A stretch of 64,000 nucleotides of DNA from Camelus dromedarius (Eukaryota): the NCBI RefSeq assembly GCF_036321535.1, contig NC_087436.1:22756001-22820000 (forward strand), in the 5' to 3' direction. Positions 52,917 to 64,000 of this stretch are shown here, in pieces (the stretch's first letter is position 1; the number at the start of each line of letters is the position of its first letter). Under the pieces are notes generated by a model. That model did not search any database, was not told the origin of the DNA, and saw only the letters and a program-made list of their open reading frames with translations. The translations under genes were made by a program, and so were the position numbers.

Positions 52917-54559
52917 CTACGCAAGAGAACAGTGAAGATTTAACTGTCTTGTTACATTTGCTAGTTTAAAGAAACTAAGGAATAGTAGAATGAAATATTC
53001 TTATTCTCATTAAGTTTTAAACTCAACCCTGTCATGCTGATGGTTAAGCGTGTTTTAAACCTTTGTGAGATATTAAATACACATCATCCCAAATAACATA
53101 GATAGCTTTTTAAATAAAGCACTTATTTGTACTCCTAAACAATTCCAAAAAATGTAAACATCAGATTTATCCTAACAGCCAAAATGGTTTTCTTTCCCAC
53201 TGAAGAAAAAAAGTTCCTCTGACGTTAAGTATTCTTTAAAAATTATTTTACCAAGTGGGAAAAATATTAGAGATACATCATTAGAAAGAAATCATTAAAA
53301 AGTACATTATTTATCCAGTTTATATCACTTTTTTTAGCCATATATTCATATGACCTGATGCTGCCAAGACTTGTTGAAAAGTAAGTCTAATTTCTCCCAC
53401 ATAATACCTAAATAAAACACCTAAGTCAAGTGACATTAACTATAAAGCCAATCTATCTTCTCAGAAAAGATATTAAAGGCATTAGTCACTAAGACTCTCT
53501 GAAAGCTGCCCTTCTTCTACATGCAGCGAGCATGTAATTTTAACAGGGTTTAAATTTAAGAGTATGTGTTTACCACACACATAAAAATAAGACCTTTAAA
53601 ACTGGCTTTCATCAGGTAGTTGAAAGAACTACCACATTTAGAAAGACAAAATTTTTCACTAAATAACATTTTTATTTGGCTTTTCATCTAATCTGAAGAC
53701 CACAAGCTTCCTGAGGATTCCAGCTCTATCTTTGTTGACAATGTTTGCCTCCCAGACTTGCCTGGCATATATTAAGCACTCAATAAATAAAGAGACACAC
53801 AGGAATGAGTTCATGTGTTTGCTTTGAAAGAGAATCTCAAATTTCTTAATATTCTTCAAAGTACATATTTTTTTTGAAAAGCATTTTCTAAAAGTGGTTC
53901 TCAAAGACCTACTGTGGAAATCCCTAAAAATACAGATTTGGACTTCAAGACTGTATCCAAGATCTACAAATTCTAAACCTCCAAGTATGGCTTCACCTTT
54001 CACTGGTGACACAACCTCCCTGAAGACAAAAAAAAAAAAAAAAAATCTTACCAAAGAAACCAAAGTCATGTCCATGATACATGGAGAGAGCTCCAAGAAA
54101 GCGCATCTCGAAATTTAGATTTCTTATTACAGTACAGCAATAGTCATATACCAGCTTGTACCTGGAACAATACTAAGGTCACTCATAAAGTTTTCCTATT
54201 CTCTGCGTTTCAACTTTTACTTTGGAATGTTCAAACAAAAACCGAGTGGTGGTTAGTTGAGACTTAAAATCATGGACAAACCAGGCCAAGAGGTTTAGGA
54301 GGTGGTTACCTGGAGTAACGCTGCTAGTCACCCTTCCAGTATTTAAAATGACAAAACATACTGGGTGAAAAAAAATGTGTACTGCCCTGGCCAAAGGAGC
54401 TAGAAAATAATCCCAGGGTGATCATCGGATGAATTTCCTGCGTCCCCAAGGGTGAACTCGCTGTGAAAGTTGAGCCCCATCTTTTCCCCCTCCAGCTTGT
54501 TTCGCAAACTGAAGAGTGAATTCTTTTCCTCAGCTCTAAATAGGTTAAGCCCTCTCCAG

Positions 54560-55090
54560 GGACGCTCCCACTTCAGGACACGGCCCGTCACGGGACGAGG
54601 GAAGAAGCACGGGGTCAGTGTGGCTCTAGAGGCAAAGTCTGCAGCCCAAGGACCCAGCAGGGTCAAGGGGGCGTCCAGAGGAGACTCGGCGGAGGTGCCA
54701 CGCGGCTCGGGGAACCCACAGCCGTCGCCCGCCCGCGGAGCACCCTCCCTCGCGCGCGCTCCGGGCCGACCTCGCTCACCCTCGCGGGGAGGCCGGGCTC
54801 ACTCCGGGGGCCGAGGGGCAGGGAAGGGCGTGAGGCCGGCGCGCGGCGGCAGCACACCCAATTCTTTGACCACGACTCCGGCGAAAACGTTACTAAGACC
54901 GGAGGAAGGCGGATGGAACAGCTTGTAGGTACTAGGCACCGGACCGGATGTCCTCTGACGCCAGCAGCGTCCTTACGCAGCACGTCGACCGGAAGGGCAC
55001 GCCCACTTCTGTTCGCCCCGCCCCGTCCTTCTTTCTCCTGAGCGGAGCGGAGCTCCCAATCCTGGGTCGAGGGCGTCACCAAAAGAAGAG
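54560..55090 (-). promoter_or_regulatory. CpG island promoter of ZNF330
   Basis: Very high GC and CpG density; ETS motif CCGGAAG 54989-54995, CACGCCC (KLF/SP) 54998-55004, GC box CCCCGCCCC 55016-55024, CCAAT 55056-55060; no TATA box evident. Confidence 0.9.
54780..54980 (-). other. ZNF330: ZNF330 non-coding exon 1 (5' UTR); TSS approximate
   Basis: Inside the CpG island; donor GAGG|gtgagc at 54779; no ATG on the minus strand across this interval. Confidence 0.7.
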
Positions 55091-55679
55091 GAAAACTGGG
55101 GGAACCCAAGGAGGACAGGGGTCGGGAAGCCTCCTGGATTTTATGTCTTAAAAAAAGGAGAAATCTAAAGGGAGAGAAAAAATCTAAAAGGAAGAAGGAC
55201 ATGAACTCATGACCTGGTACTGGATCAGTGGACTCAAACTGGAAATTCTTGCCTAATTTTTCTGGAAGCTTTCTGCTGCCTTAGTATGTTGTGCGTCACA
55301 TCCCACTTTTCACGTTTGCTGGCCCAGTTGTACCTCTCGTTACCTAATGACGTTGTCTACTGCTCTCCGTTGTCTCCTGTTTCCACTATGCCTTATGGAA
55401 TTCCATTCTTCCGTGACCAATTCTTCCACATTCTGGGCCTCTTGTGTGTGCTCTGCCTGGTTCACTGAAACCTGACATCCTCTCCCTTGCAGAGTGTGCT
55501 TGCTTTAAACTTCAAGGTGAAGGTTGCTCACTTTCCCACAGTCCCTTTATGTCCTGGTTAGGAGCTGGGGTCTATCCTCTTGCTCCCCAGTGCCCTACTC
55601 AGATAATTATTCCTCCTTTGTATGTAGCCATGCCACTTTTTATCCTTTCTTGTTGCTATGCTCTATCCTCTCCTGACTG

Positions 55680-56370
55680 ATAGAAAAACTCTGGAACCTG
55701 ACTTCCAACTTCTGCCCTCACCCACAGTCACATTAACATCTAAATGGGAGACCCATCCTCCTGGGTCCTGGATTTCTTCTTCTCCAGTAGCCATCGCCTC
55801 TGCTCCACTATGGGCACCCAATCTCATGACCAAACCCCAGGCCTTATCATCAAAGAACTACTCCACCACGGAAATCCAAACATCAAACGTCTAACTATCC
55901 AATCTCACCAGCTCTCTCACTCAGTTCCTGACGAAGACTTCGAGTCTCTCGATCCTTCTCTTTTCTATCAGTTGTCCCTTTGCTTTCTTCCCTTCTTGTC
56001 TTCCCCAGTTTATAAAACATAGTTTATCACTTCATTCACAATTTCCCATGTTTTTGTTCCGATCAAAGCATCTAGAACATTCCCAATTCCATTAATTCAT
56101 CAGGTTGTCTTTTCTCTCCTACACTTGACTTCTGAGTATTATCAAGGAGAAAAAAAATTATGCAATCATTATTCTACTCTAAATCCAAAGTCACCAACCT
56201 CCACAAGTCCCTCAAAAGTACCCAGCAAGCCTCCTCTTTTCCTAATCAAGTTTATCATTCTCCATCTCCATGAGGGCATTATCAGATCTTCTCCCCTTTC
56301 CTCAAACTTCAACCACCTCCTCCATCAACTTTGTATAACTACTTCCTATCTCACAGAGAACACAGAATAA
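55680..56370 (+). mobile_element. L2 internal fragment
   Basis: Pyrimidine-rich decayed L2 ORF2-like sequence (ccccaggccttatcatca...ctccaccacggaaatc...cttcctatctcacagagaa). Confidence 0.5.
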
Positions 56371-56484
56371 TATCAGTAACAGCTAAACTATAATTTTGTT
56401 TTACTTTACTTGTGTAGCATTAATTCCTGATTTTACACATGATGAAACTTGGGTAGATGGTTTAGCTTGTAATATCATCTATTG

Positions 56485-56820
56485 TAGCAGTTCTTAAACT
56501 TTCTTGAGACTTTGGGTCTCAGGACCCCTTAAAAATTCTTAAAAATTGAGAACCCTAATAAGCTTTTCTAATGTGAGTTATATTCAATTGATATTTACCA
56601 TATAAAAATTAAAACATAAAACTTTAAATGTTTATTAATTTATTAGAAGTTATACTGATAAATCTATCACATGTTAGTATAAATAACATATTTCTATGAA
56701 AAAAAAGACTATTTTCCCAAGCAAAAACATAAAAGAATGGTGCTGTTTTATAGTTTTGCAAATCTCTTTGATGTAAAGCTTCATAGAAGGCAGGTGAATT
56801 CCTATATCTGCCATTCTACT
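56485..56820. mobile_element. hAT-Charlie (Charlie2-like) fragment
   Basis: cagttcttaaact...ggtctcaggacccctt...cttaaaaattgagaacc...tttgcaaatctctttgatgt. Confidence 0.7.
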
Positions 56821-57279
56821 GAGAAATGTCTTGATGTTTCCATTTTCCCTGCAGGTAGTTAGCCAAGGAAATTGCAAAGACCCCTCTGGGGAAGGGCTGG
56901 GGGAATTATTAAAATGTACATCTTTTATGATATTTCAGGATCTTCTTACTAGAGTCTGGCCTCTTCTCTGTTGATGGTTTCCAGGTCTAAAAACTGTCTC
57001 AGTCTTAAAAACTGGGCAAGGAATTGTGACTCAACTGAAGTATTGCTCTCAGGCTCCTGGTCAGACACTCCCTTGATTTCTATCGATTGTACAGACTGAG
57101 CAGTATCTTTGTATGCTACTCATCCATTTTGCTCCCAGTAGCACCATATTCTGTTATCCATCTCCCTACTCTTCTGAGGACCAGACCCCTCTCTCTCCCT
57201 ACCACTCTATTCTTGCTGTTCATTACAATATATGCCAGGTTACAATGTAACTTAAACCAAGTTATTGACCTAGTGACCA

Positions 57280-58385
57280 GAAGAGAAACTGGGGACAGAT
57301 CCTGAAGGGAGCACAGAGTGGACTAAAGGAGGACACCTCTGCATGGTGAAATTTCAAGCATGGGGGAGCACTAGCCATTGGTCAGGAAAACTGGACCGTG
57401 TTCAGACTCAGAAGGTTCAGGAGAATCTGGGGACTTGAGATTTTCCGGTGTCACAACCCGGCCCATGGCATCAGGGTTTCTTTCTTTCCAGTCCAGCATT
57501 CTGACCGTGGCATAGCCAGTCTGGCTGAGCTAAATGGTTGTTAATCTTCTTTGGAGTTCTCCCACACTTATGATTAAGTGCTGGGCCTGTTCCTCTGCAC
57601 TTTGTGCCCTCCCACTGCAGGAGATAAAAGCCGGTTTATTTGCTACCAAAGGGGCCTTCTGAATTTTACTCTCAAGTTTTTTAATAGCCTTTAACCATTC
57701 TCACCTTTTTGCTTTTTCCAAAGAACCAATTTTGCCTAACAAAGCCAATTCCCTTGTCCTTAAGATATTTCCCTCATATTTCTTAAACACGTGATACATT
57801 GCACCCACTAGTGTGTTACCTTCCATTATAATACATCCCAGTTCACTACTGATGAAAGTTTTAACTACTGTACTGTTACCTTGTGCCAAGGTCCATCTGT
57901 CCTACATCTATCACCAGTGAAGAGGTCCTTACTGACCATCAAGTGGCCAATGATTCAAGTCAGCAATCCCATATTAGCTCCTGCTTTCTTGGCTCAGCCC
58001 TGATATCATCCATCTTAGGTTGACTTCTCTGGTAGCATCCTCTGAGTCAAAAAAGAGCATGGGGAGTTTGTTAGGACACGCTTTGGGAACACCAGCTGAG
58101 GAAGAGATGGTAGCTAGATTGGACAGAGGGAATTTAGTCTCAATGAAGGCCTTGACATTGAATCTGGCATGAACCTTCAGAGTTGAGGCAAGTAGGCTCA
58201 GCCTTTATACACTTGTTACATCAGTCACTGGGTGTGGGCTAACAGGGAAGCAGGTATAAGCATGGGTGGGACTGCTCTTTCAGAGGGCTGACAGCTGGGT
58301 TTTGTCAGCTTGCTGCACTCCCAGCAGCTCAGAGAATAAGTTCTTCCCTTCTGAAGAGCAATCTGGGTAGTACCTCCCAGTATTC
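57280..58385 (-). mobile_element. Decayed ERVL/MaLR internal fragment plus old LTR (58020-58385)
   Basis: ttaagtgctgggcctgttc...gcaggagataaaagcc is similar to 38080-38140; LTR-like gagggctgacagctggg...cccagcagct. Confidence 0.5.
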
Positions 58386-58389
58386 ACTT

Positions 58390-59960
58390 CAAAGAGTGAT
58401 GGCAAAATAAAGAAATATTCAAAGACAAAGAATCTTTGCTGTTCCCAGACCCTCTTTGAAAGAATTCCAAAGAGTGAGCTTCAGGAAGATAAAAACAGAA
58501 TTCAGAAGGAAGAAGGGGATGCAAAAAGCAACAGTGTATAATCAGTTCATTTAACATATAGGATAAATCTGAAATATTATCTGTACAAAACACCAAAACT
58601 ATAATAAACAGTGTTGGATATGAAAACTATGAGGAACTGAAATATTCTCTAAATTCAGTGCAATTCAGATAACATCCTGAGAGAGATTTTCAAATGGAAT
58701 TTTATCAGTTGATTCTAACATTCATATGGATCAGTAAAGAGCCATGATAGCCTAGACTATTTGAAACACCAGCAGAAGAAGATACCTTTATGTAAAGGTA
58801 TCTTTTATAAATATATATTTTATAAAGATACCTTTATAAAATAAAATATATTTTACTATAGGTTCCAGTAATTAAAACAGTGTTGGGTCAAACAGATATC
58901 AACAAACCAATGTAACTGAATAGAAAGCCTAGGTTACAGACTCACATATATTTGGTGACTTGGTAAATGGTATAATCTGTGTTAACGTCAGTGAGAAGAG
59001 ATGTATTATTCAATAAATTAGGTGGAGACTATTGGCTATCCATATGGCCGAAAATAAAATTAGATCCCTGTTTGGCAGCATACATAAAAATAAATTTCAG
59101 ATGAGTTAAAGACCTAAATATGCAACACAAAAATATGAAACTATTGTAAGAAAATATGGGACAATGGCTTTATGATATTGAGGTGTAAGTGATTTTTTAG
59201 ACATCACAAAAAGCAGAAAATTAAAGAAAACAAACAATACATGTAACTGAATAAAAAATTAAATCTTTAGCATGAATGAAGACACCATAAACAAAGTGAA
59301 AAAGCAAACCAAAAACTAGGGGAAGGAATTTGACACCTATGTAATTGACAAAATATTTATATACAGAATCAATTAATAACTACTATTCAGTGAGAAAACC
59401 ACAAACAACCCAAAAGAATCACAGACAAAAGATGTAAACAGGAAATTTTATAGATTGGGACCACCTTTGAAAATCACGTAGCACTATGTACTGAATACAA
59501 TACATATCTGTGTCTACTGAAGTACATTTGAAAGAATGTTTATAGCAGCACTATTTGCAGTAGCCCCCGAACTAGAAACAACCCAAGTATCCCTTAACAG
59601 AAGCATGGATAAGTGAATTGTTACATATTCATATAACAAAGTATTATACAACAACAAGAATGGACAAACTGTAACCTCATGTAACAGGATGGAAAGATCT
59701 CACAAAAATAATGCTAAACAAAAGAAAACAGTAATAAAAAAAAAAACCAGCAATGCAAAAAACCAATTGTAATTCCCTATATATAAGGCAAAAAATAGTC
59801 AAAACTCATGGGGTTAGAAGTCAGGACAGTGGTTACCTTTGGGCGAAGGTAGTAGCTGGAGGAGGTCACAAGTTGGGTTTCTGGAGTACTGGAAATATTC
59901 TACCTATGATCGTGTTCAAACTCTGAACATTCCTCAATCTGTAAATTTGTGATTGATGTC
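58390..59960 (+). mobile_element. Old L1 (L1ME-like) ORF2 end and 3'UTR
   Basis: gattctaacattcatatgga...gtaattaaaacagtg...ttaaagacctaaat...gaatgtttatagcagcactatttg...agaagtcaggacagtggttacctttgg. Confidence 0.85.
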
Positions 59961-61359
59961 ATTTATACAAGTAATAGCCTGTTACAAGGTTTTTGAAGGA
60001 ATACCAATTAAAAATAGAAGCAGAAAATCTGGATGAAAGTCTTCAAAGAAGCCATCTACAGCAGTTCTTCCCAAACATGTCCTGGCCTCGACAGAAAATA
60101 AAATTCATAGGACACATAGGGGTACAGAGTGTAGGTCTGTTTGTTGCCAGAGGTAACTCTCTTTGTGAGTTTTTTCCCCTTTTCCTCTTCTTTTTTTGGT
60201 GGGAAGGTACAAATCCCTATTCATCTGTCTGTCAGGAAGACGTATACTTTGCGTTTTTGCAACAGGCACCTCTCATAATCTTTTCTAGAAGCAGGAGGAT
60301 TTTCCATTTCTGTCCCAACTCAAGGACCCAGATCAATGCACACTTGCAACTTACTTGCAGCACACAGCTGTGCTGGGGAAGACAGCCTGAGGACCTCTGA
60401 ACTATGGGACTCCTTAACCTACCCATTTAAGGGCTTTTCAGTTTGGCTTCTTTTCATTTTAATTTTCCAAACAAATATTCATTTTCTAGCTCAGAAAATC
60501 ACTTTCCAAATCCAGATACCTATGTTGCCCATCTTTTGTGTATCACACTATCCTTAAAAATCAGAAGGGAAATGATTGGAGCTCACAAAATAACTGCAGG
60601 ACTAATGCCCCGTCAGTTCTTTAAAGCATCACATTTTTGAGTTAAGATAATAAACGATCCTCGACAAATGGTTTTTGTCTCTTGGAAAAGCCTTCCAGTG
60701 TCCATAACCATCTAACAACTTATTTCTCCTCTTTTCACTGGTTATCACACCCTAAAATCCACTGGCCCAATTTATTCTATGGTAAGCTCTCAGTACCCTG
60801 ACCCATTAGTGTTGAGAAGAGAGGCAGGGTTTCTCAGTATCTAATGCGTGTGTAGTTCTTTATTGTTTACAAAGATTTCCACATTCATTATGGTATTTAA
60901 TACCCATAAAAACTCATTTGTTGTAAAGTAGATACTATCTCCATTTTGCAAATAAGAAAGCTGAAGTTTCTTTGTATTGGTCATGACAAATGATACCTGT
61001 TCAAAATTGAATTCAACATCTTTGCCCCAAAATGGATGCCCTCTTATTGGTGGCTTAAGTTGGTGAACACAGGGCACTGATCCATCTGTTTAAACCAGAA
61101 ATCTGGGAGTCAACACAGACACTCCGTCTCTCCTACCCATTAATATAATCTTTAAACCTTTGTCCTATGACCTCAAAACTCTCTGTCAAGATCATTCCCT
61201 CAATAAAGTCCAGATAATCTATTTCTGGCAAGATGTCTGAAGAAACTCTGTAAGACCAGAACACATAAAACTCCAGAGAAAGCAAAACAAAAGTAAACAC
61301 ATTAAAAAACTTTGTCCAGTGCATGACTAAATTGACAGGAAAGTAACAGAAGATCAAGA

Positions 61360-61590
61360 AGACTGGGAGGAATGAGAAAGTTTGTTAATATTAACCACTA
61401 TATATAAAATAGTTGACAAATTTGTTCTGTATAGCACAGGGAACTATATTTAATATCTTGTAGTAATCTATAATGAAAAAGAATATGAAAACAAATATAT
61501 GTATGTATATGTATGACTGAAACATTATGCTGTACACCAGAAACTGATGCATTGTAACTGACTATACTTCAACTAAAAAAAAAAAAAAAA
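61360..61590 (+). mobile_element. L1 3' end with poly(A)
   Basis: ctgtatagcacagggaactatatt...acattatgctgtacaccagaaactga...tgactatacttcaa + A16. Confidence 0.88.
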
Positions 61591-63670
61591 GTGGGAGTCT
61601 AGACAGTAACCAAGCGCTAGAGCTGGCATCTGGCTGAGACTATCTGAACACCCCCAGTAACCTAGAACTTGGATTCTAGTGAAAAACATGTGCGTTGGAG
61701 ACAGGCACCCTGTGGCGAAGAAGAGTAGGATACTAGGTGGAGACTTGCATAAGGCTGGGACCCACAAAGGACAACACCCTAGAACAAAAACAAAGTTTAA
61801 AAAAAATTCTGCCACGTAGAGGAAGATGGTAGGGCTAATTCCCTGTGTCAACTTTGCCTCTTAGTAGAGTGGGAAGAAATAAAAATTAAAAGCACTGCAG
61901 AAGAATTCCTAACCACAAGCCCACCTTCAGGCACTTGTTAGTTTGTTTGATTTTAAGACTTATCTGCCGTATTCTACAGTGAAGTAAGAGTAACAAATAC
62001 AAGAAAGGGTTTGGGCTCCAGAACATCCCTAAAGTTTAATATCCTGATCTGTTGCTCTTAAACCCCTTCCCTCAGGCTCACTGGATTTAGCATGTGCTCT
62101 ATGTAAATTCTCCGCACAGTGGCCGGCACACAGAAGGCAGTAAGCGTGGAATTCCTTCCTTGGCTCCCTGGCTCTAGGGAGCCTCAGCCCAGCTGTGATT
62201 CAGACCCTGTTTCTCTATTAGCCCCGTCCCCTGTTCCTTGAGACCTCAGGCCTCTGTCACCAGTGTGTCCTCAGAGTATTCAGTGAGGTACTGTCTTTGC
62301 AGCACTGGGGACTCTGGGAGCACTGACCTGAGATATTTAAATCAGATTGAGTGTTTATAGATCAACTTGTGAAGGCTCAACTCAAAATGGGCGAAGCATC
62401 CACTTTTTTCAGATTTCCTCCCTGATTAATGTCTTCCCTTTGCTTTAGGAATGACCATTATTATAACTCTGCCTGAGTGTGATGCTTCGGATGGAATGAG
62501 TTTTAAAACATCTATCAAAATATTGACAATGAAAATCATACAACAAAGTCTAAGTACCCTATCTCCCAAACCCGAAAGGTCAGTTAGTGTTAATTTTGAA
62601 TACAGAATGTGATTTTTATCCAATATAGCCATCTGGATGACAGTAGTTACCAGATGTCCAAAAAAAAATTAAGATACATTAAAATAAATGAAAATAGTTA
62701 AAGGGATCATTGATTCTATTACTTTTCTACCTGGGGGCTAGTGGGAAAACAATGCATAGGTAACCTTCAATGCCTTTAAAATAAACTCAATATGATACAT
62801 GTTGAAGTACATTAATGGTTGTACTTGGAAATAACAAGGCATGATTATAAATGGAATCAGATCATTTTCTAACTAGGAGTGCAAAATGTGTTAACCATGA
62901 TAAATATCTAACATCAGATAATAACTATTAACTTAAATTTTAGTTTCATTTCTTTTTGAGTAGAATCAAATTATAACTTCAATAAAAATTTCTTGAAATA
63001 ACAAGCATAGATGCATCTAATCTCCAGCTGCTTCCATAATTAACCATGATAAAGCAAAACACTTTAAATTACCAAACATAAAATAAATGAGATCTGTTAC
63101 TGTGATTTTCTTTCCTAAAGCCTGCTACTTAAAGATGCTAAGACAGCAATTAAAAATTACATCAAAATGAGATATGAAATATATCAGTCGGAAATGGAAT
63201 GCAACTGAAAACTCAGATAATGGTGAATTCAACAAGATAGTTTACTTTTCTCTCATGTTACAGGAAGTCCAAAACAGGTATAGAACTTTACTGCCAAAGA
63301 GCTGAGGATTCTTTTGGACAGGCTCTCAAAGAAACTTTTAGGCAGGAAATTTGAGGAAGAGAGAGAAGGCAAAACAACCCACAATGGCTGAGTCAGCAGG
63401 CTTTCCTGAAACCCAACCAATGACTAGATTCCGATTATTGACCAAGATTGAATCACCTGAGCAAGCCCAGTTGCCAGAAAGGCCAGCAAATGTGGTTTTT
63501 CAGCTGCACACATTGCAAACCTGAGTAAAACTGAGGTTCTGTTATTAAGGGAGAAATGAATAATGGATATTTTGTAGGAAACTAGCAGTTGCAGCCACTT
63601 TTTGATTTTTTTTTTTATATTCCACAAGACAGGAAATTTGAAAACTTTAAGGGTGGGTTAAAAAAAAAGT

Positions 63671-63782
63671 GGGAGTGTGGGTATAGCTCATTGGTAGAGG
63701 GCATGCTTCACATGTACGAGGTCCTGGATTCAATTCCCAGTGCCTCTATTTAAAAAAAATTTTTTTTAATTTTTTAAAAAAA
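63671..63782 (+). mobile_element. tRNA-derived SINE (camelid Vic-1-like)
   Basis: gggtatagctcattggtagagggcatgctt...gaggtcctggattcaattcccagtgcctc with A/B-box remnants and an AT-rich tail; same family as 29241-29396. Confidence 0.88.
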
Positions 63783-64000
63783 TGGGTCAAAATGAGAAAC
63801 TGTTCATTAAAAATCCCTTCCAGTACAAAACCACTAGGTCCTGCATGCAACTTAATTTTTAATCTCTTGGTGAGCTCACAGGAAGTAAGGAAAATCTCTA
63901 ACATCACCACCTCCCTTTCCCTGGGTTGGGAGGGGGGAGCTGGAACTGCAACCAGGGTGTTAAAAAGTAAGCTGACGTGAAAGGGGTGTTTGTCTGAGGC

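Noticed and set aside
54400..55202. Long ORFs 54470..54928, 54663..55202 and 54400..54666 as novel genes
   Set aside because: Typical by-product of stop-poor CpG-island DNA; low-complexity Pro/Arg/Gly/Ser content and no recognisable domain
55100..64000. Exons of the expected upstream neighbour RNF150 (human synteny)
   Set aside because: No recognisable RNF150 coding sequence or second CpG island in this interval

Overview
Mammalian genomic DNA, very probably camelid: it carries tRNA-derived Vic-1-like SINEs and camelid-type L1 3' ends, and I saw no BovB, CHR or PRE-1 elements. The one intact protein-coding gene is ZNF330 (NOA36) on the minus strand. I reconstructed it by hand as a CpG-island promoter with a non-coding exon 1 (~54780-54980) plus nine coding exons (52904 down to 39245). 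All introns are GT-AG and the CDS is 963 nt (320 aa), including a 20-nt microexon. The rest is repeat-rich intergenic and intronic DNA (L1, L2, MIR, MaLR/ERV LTRs, Tigger/hAT fossils); repeat family names come from recalled consensus resemblance, not database searches. Main points for a second look: (1) a heavily decayed Ty3/Gypsy pol relic (RT-RNaseH-integrase order) at ~1.9-3.6 kb that the ORF track misses; (2) a SINE at 29.2-29.4 kb that appears to carry a 3'-transduced segment with its own AATAAA and second A-tail inside one TSD; (3) a CpG-rich nest of three LTRs at 12.5-13.9 kb with a perfect splice donor; (4) an L1 with a ~38-bp flanking duplication; (5) an intronic 47-bp minisatellite carrying splice-site motifs; (6) an inverted triplication at 58.8 kb. 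I found no convincing new protein-coding system.
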